DNA of 62,694 nt, filler included, from a bacterium (GTDB lineage: Bacteria; UBP15; UBA6099; JAJRTR01): assembly GCA_024278215.1 (NCBI GenBank). It is 6 parts of 6 records of this genome, joined end to end, with 100 filler letters (N's around TTAATTAATTAA, not from the genome) between each part and the next. Parts side by side here need not be neighbours in the genome. Positions count along the whole stretch, not along the records: positions 28,107 to 45,044 come from JAJRTR010000041.1; 5 more parts are not named here. One strand, written 5' to 3'. Positions 28,669 through 38,280 of the stretch are shown one piece after another. The notes below the pieces were generated by a model. That model saw nothing but the letters and a program-made list of their open reading frames with translations, was not told the origin of the DNA and did no database searches. How positions within the stretch are numbered: the stretch's first letter is position 1; the number at the start of each line of letters is the position of its first letter. The position numbers and the translations under genes are program-made.

Positions 28669-30936
28669 TCATTCTTTTCGCGCACCTTCACCATAGATGT
28701 AAAACCCGCTGCAGGCTGATGCCGCTTCGCATGTCCGGCATACATCTTTTTTCATGCGCCGCCCGTCGAGATAATGGCCTAGGTTCATGCGCGGACTGTC
28801 CGCGAAGACCATATCCCTTGAGTATTTACCTGTCTCCGGCTCGAACTTACCAGTCACTTTTTTCGTCACACACGGGAGTAGGTTTACAGTTTCCAATTTC
28901 AACCTGTCCCTGTAGCCGGAGAGCACATCCGCAACTTCCGAATAGAGCGCCTCCTGATCGTATGCGCTGTAGTCCGCCGCATTGCCGAACGGGGTCAGAA
29001 ACTGTATGTTGACGCCTGTCACACCGAGCGAGAGAATGAAATCGAAAAACTTCGACAGGAAAGGCGCGTTATATTCAGTGATGGTCGTATTGACGGCAAA
29101 CTCAATTCTGTCTGGTTTGAGTTCCACCACATGGCGTATACCTGCGACCGTTTTCTCGAAGCTTCCTTCCGTGCGTGTGTGGCGGTCATGGATCTCCGCA
29201 TTGTGTCCGTGCAATGAAATAAGAACGCTTGTCAGGCCGCTGAGCAGGAATCGGGACGCGTATGATCTGTCCGCGAGTTTCCCGGCGTTCGTTGTGACAT
29301 TTACAGCTTCGTATCCCAGTTCTTTCGCCATCGCGACCATATTGAAAAAATGAGGAAACAGCGTAGGTTCGCCGCCGTCGAAGTCAATGAGCCGAACACC
29401 GCGCAGCCTGTATTCGCGCAGCAGGCGGGCATATCTCTTCGCGTCGCCATGCTCCCTTGCCCTGTCGCCGACCGCGCAGAATATGCAGTTGTTGCTGCAT
29501 TTATATGTAAGGTTTATTATGACTTTATCTGTGCCCGACGCGGCGATCCTCTGTCTGAAAAAAGAGTTCATCCGGACAAGCTTTTCCAGCGGCAGAGCGG
29601 GATTGTCTATCACCGGAGTTTTCTCGAAGTATGAATATATCTTTTCCGGCACGAATCTTTTCAGCAACCCTTTCTCCGAACATTCGCGATGAATTCTCGA
29701 TCCCGGCAGAGGCGCGCAATACTGGACCAGCGGCTCGGCGCCGTACTTTTCGCGCATCAAAACCGCATGGGTCAGGGTCGCGTTTACATCCTCCGGCCCC
29801 TCATCCGGGAGCCCCGTTATATAATGGATGCTCAGGGGCAGCGCGATGTCGCGGCACCAGCCCGCCACCTGCTCGACCTCGCCGGGCGACAGTCTTTTCC
29901 CGATGGTTTTCAACATTCTTTCGCTTCCGCTCTCCATGCTCACTTTCAGCGATCCGCCGACATCTTTCAGAAGCTTGAGGTGTGCCCTCGTAAGTTTGTC
30001 CGCCCTCAGTCCGTTCGGGAACTCGCACCTGATGCCCATCGAAGCGAGTATTTCGAGAACGGCTGTGAATCGATCCGCGTCGTAATTGGGAATGCTGTCG
30101 AGAAAAGCGAATTTTTCAACACTGTAGTTCCTTGCCGAGAAGGAAAAAAACTTCGCGAGATATTCCGGGGAATGCGCCCTGAAGCCCGATTCGCTTTTTC
30201 CGGGATTGGACGTGCAGAAAGAACAATTATACGGGCAGCCCCTTGATGTCAGAGCCGGAAGTGTGCGCAAACTTTCCAGCGTTGCGCCGCGCCGATTGTA
30301 AAACCGTGCCACACGGCTTCGGAACGCATAATAATGTTCGAGCGAAATGAGGTCCCATGCGGGAAACGGGAGATCGTCCGGGACAACTTCCGAAGCATTG
30401 CATTCGACGACACGGCAGCGGCTTTCCGGCGCCTTCGCGAGAAAGTCCGGCAGCACGCGCTCGCACTCGTACTTCACTACCGAATCCACCTGCGGGTAAT
30501 GGTCGATCATCTCCGTGCCTTCATATTCGATGTAGTGCATACCCGAGAAATTGCAATCAGCCGCAACGATATAACTATTGCAATATTTATCTTTTATTGC
30601 CGTCAGCACTTCGCCGAAATGAGATGTCTTCACATACGGCATAACAAAGGGGGGAAGTCCGACGACGACGGCACCGGGCTCGACGCTTCCGGCGGAATCC
30701 AGCAGTTCGGCGCTTGTACAGCCCATGAACACGCCGCCGTCTCCCTCGGCGGAAACGCCGCTGGACGGCAATGCCTGCGCATCTGCGACTGTGACGGAAA
30801 ACCCGCTGTCCCTCAGCGCTCCCGCATTGGAAACTATTCCGAGGCTCGTGTAATATGGATAGTCGATGCAATACCTGCCGAGCCGCAGGGGTGGATTGAC
30901 CATTAAAATATTCTGTTTGCCGGTTCTGCTTTTCAC
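28669..30936 (-). CDS. B12-binding protein with two radical SAM domains
   Basis: N-terminal B12-like domain, TSRGCPYNCSFC, second motif CSNNCIFC with DGGEPT, terminal CRTC...C cluster. Confidence 0.88.
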   Translation of the reverse strand: MKSRTGKQNILMVNPPLRLGRYCIDYPYYTSLGIVSNAGALRDSGFSVTVADAQALPSSGVSAEGDGGVFMGCTSAELLDSAGSVEPGAVVVGLPPFVMPYVKTSHFGEVLTAIKDKYCNSYIVAADCNFSGMHYIEYEGTEMIDHYPQVDSVVKYECERVLPDFLAKAPESRCRVVECNASEVVPDDLPFPAWDLISLEHYYAFRSRVARFYNRRGATLESLRTLPALTSRGCPYNCSFCTSNPGKSESGFRAHSPEYLAKFFSFSARNYSVEKFAFLDSIPNYDADRFTAVLEILASMGIRCEFPNGLRADKLTRAHLKLLKDVGGSLKVSMESGSERMLKTIGKRLSPGEVEQVAGWCRDIALPLSIHYITGLPDEGPEDVNATLTHAVLMREKYGAEPLVQYCAPLPGSRIHRECSEKGLLKRFVPEKIYSYFEKTPVIDNPALPLEKLVRMNSFFRQRIAASGTDKVIINLTYKCSNNCIFCAVGDRAREHGDAKRYARLLREYRLRGVRLIDFDGGEPTLFPHFFNMVAMAKELGYEAVNVTTNAGKLADRSYASRFLLSGLTSVLISLHGHNAEIHDRHTRTEGSFEKTVAGIRHVVELKPDRIEFAVNTTITEYNAPFLSKFFDFILSLGVTGVNIQFLTPFGNAADYSAYDQEALYSEVADVLSGYRDRLKLETVNLLPCVTKKVTGKFEPETGKYSRDMVFADSPRMNLGHYLDGRRMKKDVCRTCEAASACSGFYIYGEGARKE

Positions 30937-31089
30937 AGGTGTGCGTCAAACCTTTGTTTGTGATGACTTGAGCTTGTTTTTTCCTTATAATTCACCAAAG
31001 GACATGCAAAACTTATATCATTGAACATATTATAACCAACGGTATAGGGGATGCCAGTCTGGGCGCACGGGAATGGTCGATGCGGAAAA

Positions 31090-32574
31090 ATGAGCGATCC
31101 GAACAAACAAACAATATTATTGCTCCAACCGGGCCTCGGCTACATGGATTCGATGCGCACATCGCCATCGCTGCCGCTCGGCCTCCTGCACGCCGCGTCG
31201 CTTACCGTCGGGGAGTTCAATGTTGTTGTCTTCGATCAGCGAATAAGCGCCGACTGGCGGAGAGAGCTTGCGGACACCATCAAAAAGGAGAATCCGTTCC
31301 TGATCGGCGCAACAATGTTCATCGGACCTTCGGTCGGCAACGCGCTCGATATGCTCGAACTGGCCGGAGAGGTCTGCAACGCGCCGCGTGTCGCCGGCGG
31401 TGTGCTTCCCAGCATCATTCCCCGCACCTGTCTGGAAGACCCCCTCGGCAGAATCGACTTTGTGATCGAGGGGGAAGGCGAAAAAACACTGTCGGCGCTG
31501 GCAAGCCGTATAGAAAATGGAGAGACGACAGAAGGCATACCGGGCCTGTGGCAAAAAGCCGGTGGTCGGATCAGTACAGGCGACCACGCCCCCCTGCTCG
31601 ATCTCGAAACGCTGCCCGACATCCCGTACCACCTGTTGCAGGTCGAACGGTATCTTCCCGAATATGGCGGTGACATCACCTTTTATATGGAGACATCGCG
31701 CGGTTGCCCGATGAAATGCCGATATTGCTATAACGCAAACTTCAACCGGGGCATATGGCGGGGACAGTCCGCTGCCAGAGTCAGGGAAAGACTCGAAAAT
31801 ATCAAAGATAAATACGGCGCGAACCATATATATATTGTCGACGATAATTTTTTCATCGACAAGGCGCGCGGAATGCAGATTTCTTCCATATTCAAGGAAC
31901 TCGACATGCAATGGCAAATTCAGGGTGTGGACATTCCCAGCCTGAAAAAGATGTCGGACGACGACCTGGCCCTGCTCAGGAATAACGGGCTTCAGAGAAT
32001 CACGATAGGCATCGAATCGGGCTCCGGCAGGATAAAAAAACTCCTTGGAAAAAGGTATTCGAACGAAGATGTGATCGGGATCATCAGGCGACTTAAGAAG
32101 TTCGATTTTATCGTCTTTTGCAGCTTCATGTGCAACATACCCACGGAAACGATACCGGAAATCCGGCAATCCGTGTCGCTGATGCTCGAACTCATCGACA
32201 CGAATCCGAATTTCCGCACATCGCCTTTCTACAGGTATGTCCCGGCACCCGGAACAGGCTTATTCGATCTCGCACTGGAACAGGGCTTCAGGCCGCCGAC
32301 GGATATGGACGGGTGGAGCGCGGTTTCTTTCGACGATAATAAAACTTCCGGGATCAGCGATGATCGCGACAGGTTTTACAAGTGCCTTTATGTCGCGACT
32401 CTCCTGTGCGATTCCAAAAGCCGGGAGTACTCGAGTTCGCGACTGTTCCGTTTCCTTTCCGCACTCTACAGGCCCGTGGCCAGGTTGCGACTGAAATATA
32501 TGTTTTTCAAACTTATGCCGGAGACGCCACTTTTCTTTTTCCTGCTGAACCGCAACACAGGCAGGTCCGGATAA
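31090..32574 (+). CDS. B12-binding-domain radical SAM protein
   Basis: PLGLL, GEGE, TSRGCPMKCRYC, DDNF, IGIESGS, PAPGT. Confidence 0.92.
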   Translation: MSDPNKQTILLLQPGLGYMDSMRTSPSLPLGLLHAASLTVGEFNVVVFDQRISADWRRELADTIKKENPFLIGATMFIGPSVGNALDMLELAGEVCNAPRVAGGVLPSIIPRTCLEDPLGRIDFVIEGEGEKTLSALASRIENGETTEGIPGLWQKAGGRISTGDHAPLLDLETLPDIPYHLLQVERYLPEYGGDITFYMETSRGCPMKCRYCYNANFNRGIWRGQSAARVRERLENIKDKYGANHIYIVDDNFFIDKARGMQISSIFKELDMQWQIQGVDIPSLKKMSDDDLALLRNNGLQRITIGIESGSGRIKKLLGKRYSNEDVIGIIRRLKKFDFIVFCSFMCNIPTETIPEIRQSVSLMLELIDTNPNFRTSPFYRYVPAPGTGLFDLALEQGFRPPTDMDGWSAVSFDDNKTSGISDDRDRFYKCLYVATLLCDSKSREYSSSRLFRFLSALYRPVARLRLKYMFFKLMPETPLFFFLLNRNTGRSG

Positions 32575-32678
32575 TCAACCGGGCACCCGATCTTACAAGC
32601 AAGACGAATTGTTTTGAACATCCATGATATGGGTTATAATATTTATGGAGTAGCTATGAAATTCAGGATGTGAACAAT

Positions 32679-34337
32679 ATGCTTGGAAAATACTTGCGTG
32701 TGTTTCTTTCTGTGCTGGCCCTCTGTGCGCTGGTCTCGTGTGTCGGCGGCAGTGGCGAAACCGGTGCCACCGAAACCACGGGCGGCAAAGCCCCTCGAAT
32801 GATCGCATCATCATCGACAGACCCACAGGTGCCGCAGGTGCCCGGTAAAGACGTTTTCGTGTGCACGAGCGCCGGACAGTGGTTTCCCGCCGACCCGCAG
32901 CAACTCAGGGCCGCTGTCGGCGGCTTTCTTGCAAAGGCAAAAAACAGGGACATCAAGGGCCGCATCGTCGGCCTCATATCGCCGCACGCCGGCTACCCCT
33001 ACTCAGGCCCCGTTGCCGCCTACTCCTATAAACAGATCGAGGGCAGGCACTACGACACGGTCGTCGTCGTCGGGTTCCTCCACAGGACATACAGCAAGGA
33101 CATAAACATCTTTGCCGGCGACGCATATAAAACACCGCTCGGCGAGATTGAGATCGACAAGGAAATCGCCGACGCACTTATTGCATACAGCGACAGAATA
33201 GTTCACAACCCGGCGGTTTTCGCAGGCGAGCATTCGCTCGATACGCAGCTTCCGTTTCTCCAGTACACGCTCGACAGCTTCAAACTCGTGCCGGTGCTTG
33301 TCGGCATGCAGAACAGGCAGAATCTCGAGACTATCGCGCTCGCACTGGCATCGGTGCTGAAAGGCAAAAACGTGTTGATGGTGGCGAGCACAGACATGTC
33401 GCACTTCTGGCCTTATGATGAGGCCAACAGGCTCGACGCGGAAATGATCGACCGGATCAAAGCCTACGACATCATGGGAATGGAACGGTTGATGGAGGGC
33501 GATGCGACCGGCCGCCGAATGTGCGGACACGGCGTTGTGCGTGCCGTTATGAGCGCGGCGCGCGAACTGGGCGCGGACGAGGCGGTAATATTAAAACACG
33601 CCAATTCACAGGACACATACGGTCCTACAGGCAACGGTGTCGTCGGCTACCTCGCCGCCGCGCTCGTGGATACCGACACGGCGCAAAAGTCCGCCGCCGC
33701 TGCCGTAAAAAAACAAAAGGAGCTACCGATGGAAGAAAATAAAGTCGCCGGAGAGCTTACTAAAGAGGAACAAAAAGAACTGCTCGCTATCGCACGCAAT
33801 TCGCTGGAAACATTCATCAGAACCGGCAAACGGATCGACGTCACAACGAAAACGCCCGCCCTGCAAGAGAAAAAAGGAATGTTCGTGACACTCGAGAAAA
33901 ACAATATTCTGCGCGGTTGCATGGGTCACTTCGAGCCCGACACCCCCATCGGCAAACTCGCCGCAAGCCAGATAATCGTCTCTGCCACACACGACCCGCG
34001 GTTCCCCACCGTCTCCGAGAATGAACTATCGCAGATCGACATCGAGATATCCGTTCTCTCCGTACCGGAATATGTTGATTCTTATGAAGATATCGAGGTA
34101 GGAAAACACGGCGTGATACTCCAGAAAAACGGTCGCGCCGCCACTTTTCTGCCACAGGTGGCACCCGAGCAGGGCTGGGACCGCGACACCATGCTCGATC
34201 ACCTCTCATGGAAAGCCGGACTCAGCACCGGCGCATGGAAACAGGGCGCGCGTTTCCAGGTCTACACCGCTCAGGTTTTTGGCGAAACGGATTTTACCCC
34301 GGATTTCTCACAAAGAAATCCGAAGGAATCGCGATAG
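32679..34337 (+). CDS. AmmeMemoRadiSam protein B (MEMO1) - protein A (AMMECR1) fusion with lipoprotein signal
   Basis: LVSC lipobox. MEMO motifs SPHAGYPYSG, EHSLDTQLPFLQ, STDMSH, MCG, VVGY. AMMECR1 motifs FVTL, LRGCMG, DPRF, ATFLPQV. Confidence 0.9.
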   Translation: MLGKYLRVFLSVLALCALVSCVGGSGETGATETTGGKAPRMIASSSTDPQVPQVPGKDVFVCTSAGQWFPADPQQLRAAVGGFLAKAKNRDIKGRIVGLISPHAGYPYSGPVAAYSYKQIEGRHYDTVVVVGFLHRTYSKDINIFAGDAYKTPLGEIEIDKEIADALIAYSDRIVHNPAVFAGEHSLDTQLPFLQYTLDSFKLVPVLVGMQNRQNLETIALALASVLKGKNVLMVASTDMSHFWPYDEANRLDAEMIDRIKAYDIMGMERLMEGDATGRRMCGHGVVRAVMSAARELGADEAVILKHANSQDTYGPTGNGVVGYLAAALVDTDTAQKSAAAAVKKQKELPMEENKVAGELTKEEQKELLAIARNSLETFIRTGKRIDVTTKTPALQEKKGMFVTLEKNNILRGCMGHFEPDTPIGKLAASQIIVSATHDPRFPTVSENELSQIDIEISVLSVPEYVDSYEDIEVGKHGVILQKNGRAATFLPQVAPEQGWDRDTMLDHLSWKAGLSTGAWKQGARFQVYTAQVFGETDFTPDFSQRNPKESR

Positions 34338-34755
34338 CACCTGTTTCAAGGGAATACCCTCCCTGGTGAAATAAACATGCGGGTTAAATACAATTTCGAT
34401 GATCACGGTCACACACCCGGGTTTTATTATTATTATCTTGACAAAATATAATTAATAACATAAAATGATTAATAACTATTAAAAGTATTTGCGTCCCAGC
34501 CAGACGCGAATCGATACGAAATTTAAAAAACACCCTGAAAATTCTAAAATTTTTGCTGTTTGGTTTTGTTGCGTATTCCTCTCGCAATAACTGTCTATAG
34601 CACTTGTTTTTCAGTACAGTAGAGGGTTTCTTTTTGTATATTATATATAGCACGAGCGGAAACAGAATAAATGTACTTTATGAAGGAGGTGGTTGTATCG
34701 AAGATTATTAACAACTGAATATCGGTCGGCGGCGACGATCATCGACATGCTTAAT

Positions 34756-34793
34756 GCAAGGATGCTTAAGCAAAGAATAGTATTCAGGGAGGA
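34756..34793 (+). promoter_or_regulatory. Putative CsrA/RsmA binding sites in the flagellin leader
   Basis: GCA-AGGA-TGC hairpin plus TATTCAGGGAGGA overlapping the RBS, the same layout as the Bacillus hag leader. Confidence 0.65.
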
Positions 34794-34797
34794 TATC

Positions 34798-35655
34798 ATG
34801 TCAATCGTCAACACTAACTTCAACTCAATTTCAACACTGCTTCAGAGCAAGAATGTCGTAACCGACATCAGTACCACAATCGAGAGACTGTCAAGCGGTC
34901 TCCGAGTCAACAGTGCTTCCGATGATCCGTCAGGCAAGGCCAATTCATTATTCTACGAAGCTCAGATTAAAGGCATCAGGCAGGCGACCATAAACGCCGA
35001 GGAAGGCCGTCTTATGGTGGAAACTGCGTCTTCTGCTGCCGCGCAGACACAGGAGATCCTTATTCGGATGCGCGATCTTGCATTGCGCACCATGAATTCG
35101 GCCACCACTACCGCGGCAGAAATCACTGTATACCAGTCAGAATTCGAGGACCTGCGCGATGCCATTATCGACAAGTATTATAACCTGACCTTCAACGGAA
35201 TGAACTTCTTCAGCCAGAACGGCAAAACCGTCCAGGTCGGACAGAACACCGGTGCCGGAAACCAGATGAGTCTGGGCATAGACAATGCACTGAAGGTACA
35301 GCTTTCGGGTGCGTTGCTCGACCTGTATCTGGTGAAACTGTCCGGCGACGTACTTGACAGTGCCGCTGGACATGCGGCATCGGCTATGGTCGCCGTCAGC
35401 TATGCTTCCTACACGGGGGGCCTTGTGCAGACCACGCTTGGAGCGCAGGAATACAGGCTCGACACAGCTATCGAGGACCTGTCTGCCCAGGAAGTATATA
35501 ATGCTGCCGCCAAGTCTAATATTCTGGATGCCGATCTGGCTTCAGAGATCACGCATTTCGCCAAGTTGCAGATTATTTCGCAGGCCGGCACTGCCGTGCT
35601 CGCACAGACGAACAATATCAACCAGCGTGTCGTGAACATTCTTAATGGTCTTTAA
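34798..35655 (+). CDS. Flagellin-family protein (short, D0/D1 only, divergent)
   Basis: IVNTN, ERLSSGLRVNSASDD, RMRDLA, ILDADLASE, QAGTAVLAQTN; 285 aa from the ATG at 34798. Confidence 0.92.
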   Translation: MSIVNTNFNSISTLLQSKNVVTDISTTIERLSSGLRVNSASDDPSGKANSLFYEAQIKGIRQATINAEEGRLMVETASSAAAQTQEILIRMRDLALRTMNSATTTAAEITVYQSEFEDLRDAIIDKYYNLTFNGMNFFSQNGKTVQVGQNTGAGNQMSLGIDNALKVQLSGALLDLYLVKLSGDVLDSAAGHAASAMVAVSYASYTGGLVQTTLGAQEYRLDTAIEDLSAQEVYNAAAKSNILDADLASEITHFAKLQIISQAGTAVLAQTNNINQRVVNILNGL

Positions 35656-35811
35656 CCCGGATTGGTGAAGTGTGCAGGATAAGTTCGCTGTCGTTTGAAA
35701 GCTGCAAACGTATTAAACGCCGCCGTCGGCAGTAATGTCGCACAGAGTTTATGCAGTGTCTTGTCAACAAAGAAAAGACATAAGATGGGCCAGCGTAAAA
35801 ACGACAAAAGT

Positions 35812-35914
35812 GTAGGGCGCGGGCACCGTACCGCGCCTTAACTTGTGCCTGTAAAAACCGTTTTCGCGAGAAATATGCTCTGGCCGGGTTCGGTGACCCC
35901 GCCCTTGTCTACAC
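35812..35914. repeat. GTAG-type REP inverted pair (REPIN-like)
   Basis: GTAGGGCGCGGGCACCGTACCGCGCC and inverted CGGTGACCCCGCCCTTGTCTAC. The 16-mer CGGTGACCCCGCCCTT is repeated exactly at 14099-14114. Confidence 0.7.
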
Positions 35915-35982
35915 TCAAAACGTCGATACAAAGTTGCCACGATACCATGTTGTTTCACGATTTCACATACGCAATTCCTATT

Positions 35983-36158
35983 GAGCCAATTACAAAATTC
36001 TGATTCTGCTGCGGTCGGCTGCTATTGTCCATAGCTGCGTTGTCGGCGCGAAATCGTCCTCGACGTACTATATAGCACGCCTGCGAGGATTTTACACCTC
36101 CGCCTTGCTCTGAACAATTTCGTCGACCTCGCTACGAACATAATTTTGCAATTGGCTC
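35983..36158. mobile_element. Repeat family A, full-length 176-bp palindromic MITE-like element
   Basis: 17-bp TIRs GAGCCAATTACAAAATT / AATTTTGCAATTGGCTC with 1 mismatch; imperfect palindrome throughout; no coding capacity. Confidence 0.85.
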
Positions 36159-36271
36159 TATGTCAATACAGTTTTGTTTTCAATCGTTGCATCTTTCCTG
36201 TGACAGGCGGATCGTAAGAAAAAGAACCTTTACATTATTCCGCATCAGCGGCACGATACAATCAATGAAAG

Positions 36272-37054
36272 TCAGGGATCATTGTCCTCTTTCGCGCTGT
36301 TGTTTTTTTCTGGGGCCGGCACAAGTTCGATGATGCCGCGCACCTCGACGGTGCCGTCTTTTATGTCGATGTCCTGCAACTTTGTGGCGGGCATGTGGTG
36401 TTCAATTACTTCTATCCGGTTCCGCTGCAACATGTTGTTTATGTCTTCGGACTTGATGATCGGGTTGGCTATGGACATGATTGTCCGTACGACAGTCTGC
36501 GCGGGCGAAAATCCGAAAGCGCTGACGCGAGAGAGTTCGAGCCGCACGTTGTTGCGCGAGCTGACGCACAACTTGCCGCAGAAGGTGAATGTTTCCCTGA
36601 TCGACAGGAGTCTGGCTATACCGGCCGGACGATGGAGAGTGATACCGGTCGGTTCTATTTTCACGACGACGCTTCCGAGGAGCGGACCTCGCGAGGCGAG
36701 AAAATCCTGGAGTCCGGCGTCGGTGATTCCGAGTTTCCAGTTTGTTGTTCCCGCGCTGCGCACACGGGCGACGCCCCTGATAAATGTCATAAAGGGCCGT
36801 ATCCTGATCCTGTTTACATCAAAATAGAAGTAATCCGTTTTCAGGCCGCCGATTGTAAGGCCGCGAAGTTCTATCTCCACGCGGCGGCAGTATCCGAACA
36901 GTAGAAATGCCGGTCTGATTGCATCAATTCTGACCCTGGCGCTCTCGAGTCCGGGGATGCCGTCCATCATCTTTTCCTCGAGATTCTTCTCTATCGGCCT
37001 GAAAGCAGGCAGAAACAGGAAAAAACTGAGTATGACGTAAAGGTAAACTCTCAT
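36272..37054 (-). CDS. Membrane-anchored hypothetical protein, possibly DUF2993/LmeA-like
   Basis: N-terminal hydrophobic anchor and beta-rich body; family call is by pattern only. Confidence 0.55.
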   Translation of the reverse strand: MRVYLYVILSFFLFLPAFRPIEKNLEEKMMDGIPGLESARVRIDAIRPAFLLFGYCRRVEIELRGLTIGGLKTDYFYFDVNRIRIRPFMTFIRGVARVRSAGTTNWKLGITDAGLQDFLASRGPLLGSVVVKIEPTGITLHRPAGIARLLSIRETFTFCGKLCVSSRNNVRLELSRVSAFGFSPAQTVVRTIMSIANPIIKSEDINNMLQRNRIEVIEHHMPATKLQDIDIKDGTVEVRGIIELVPAPEKNNSAKEDNDP

Positions 37055-37256
37055 CTACAATATTTACTCCAGAGCTCCCAGCGCTCTATATGCGGCAAAA
37101 CCGACTCGCTAAAAGTTAACACTCTTGCGATAGGGGGCACACGCCCTATCCCAAAAGACAACACCAACATCCTGTCCCACTTGATTACTGGTCTCAGCAA
37201 AGTGTTTTGTCATGCAAAGAGAAGGTTTCAGTGCATATTGTTCAGCGCATATAAAT

Positions 37257-38159
37257 TCAATCGTTGAATTGTTTCAGATATTCAATGCTGTCTCTCAGGC
37301 TGTCTTCCTCGCGGTCCACCTTCCAGAGAGGAAGATTCACTTCGATGGAATAAAGGCCGTCGTAATTATGATTGCGCAGGATTTCGATTATCGAGGGGAT
37401 ATCAACTTCGCCCTCTCCGAGTGGAACACTCAGCAATAGCGGCCCGGTGTGTGCCATGTCCTTGATGTGCGTGTAGTCCACGAAAAATGCGAGTTTTTCG
37501 GCTGTCTCGACGGGGTCTTCCCTGTGAAAGAGCGCGTTGCCTGTGTCAAGTGTCACTTTCAGCTTGTCGTGGTCTACGCGGTCGAGTATTTCGAGCATCT
37601 CGGAGAGTGTATAATCCGTGTGGTTTTCAAGTGAAACGGTGAAACCTTCCAGGGCGGCGTCTTCGGTGAATATTTTAAGTTTCCGGGCTACATCGTTTAT
37701 TTCTTTTTCCTTATTCAGGACAATATGAAAAGGTTTGTGGAACATATTGGGGAGAACAAAACCACCGCACACTCGCAGTGTTTTGCAGCCGAAATCATGT
37801 GCGAGGTCGAACATCTCTTCCTTGCGGCTTTCCATGATCTGGTGAAATATTTCAGGCAGTGCAAACGGTATACCGAAACCAAGAACTACGTCGAGTTCGT
37901 TCTCCTGAAGTAATTCCTTGAGCGCCGCAGGGTCTTTTCTCGCTTCCCTGGACATCATGAAATAGTCGAACCCGATGCCTTCGACATCCATTCCCCCGAC
38001 TGTCTCTATCACATCTTCCAGCGACATTCTGTTGATCATCATCGAGTTGTGGAAACACCATTCGTCCACGCCGATGCGGATCGGCAAAACCGGTTCCATG
38101 AAATCTTCGCCGCCGGAAGCCTTTTCGGGTGCCTGCTCTTTAATTTTTTCGTCTGCCAT
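37257..38159 (-). CDS. Sugar phosphate isomerase/epimerase TIM-barrel protein
   Basis: LENH, LDTGN, THIKD, LGEGEVD, SIE metal motifs. Confidence 0.88.
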   Translation of the reverse strand: MADEKIKEQAPEKASGGEDFMEPVLPIRIGVDEWCFHNSMMINRMSLEDVIETVGGMDVEGIGFDYFMMSREARKDPAALKELLQENELDVVLGFGIPFALPEIFHQIMESRKEEMFDLAHDFGCKTLRVCGGFVLPNMFHKPFHIVLNKEKEINDVARKLKIFTEDAALEGFTVSLENHTDYTLSEMLEILDRVDHDKLKVTLDTGNALFHREDPVETAEKLAFFVDYTHIKDMAHTGPLLLSVPLGEGEVDIPSIIEILRNHNYDGLYSIEVNLPLWKVDREEDSLRDSIEYLKQFND

Positions 38160-38280
38160 ATTTCCCTCCCGGAGCGGAAGCCTGCCGCCTTCAAGTTATA
38201 AAATCGTACATCAACTACCTTTTTACGTCAAATATACACACCGGGAGGTATAAGCCCACTCGCAACATATCTTACCGGCA

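Noticed and set aside
34711-34741. Sigma28 promoter for the flagellin
   Set aside because: Only a weak match (GACGATCA, with no TAAA at the right spacing).
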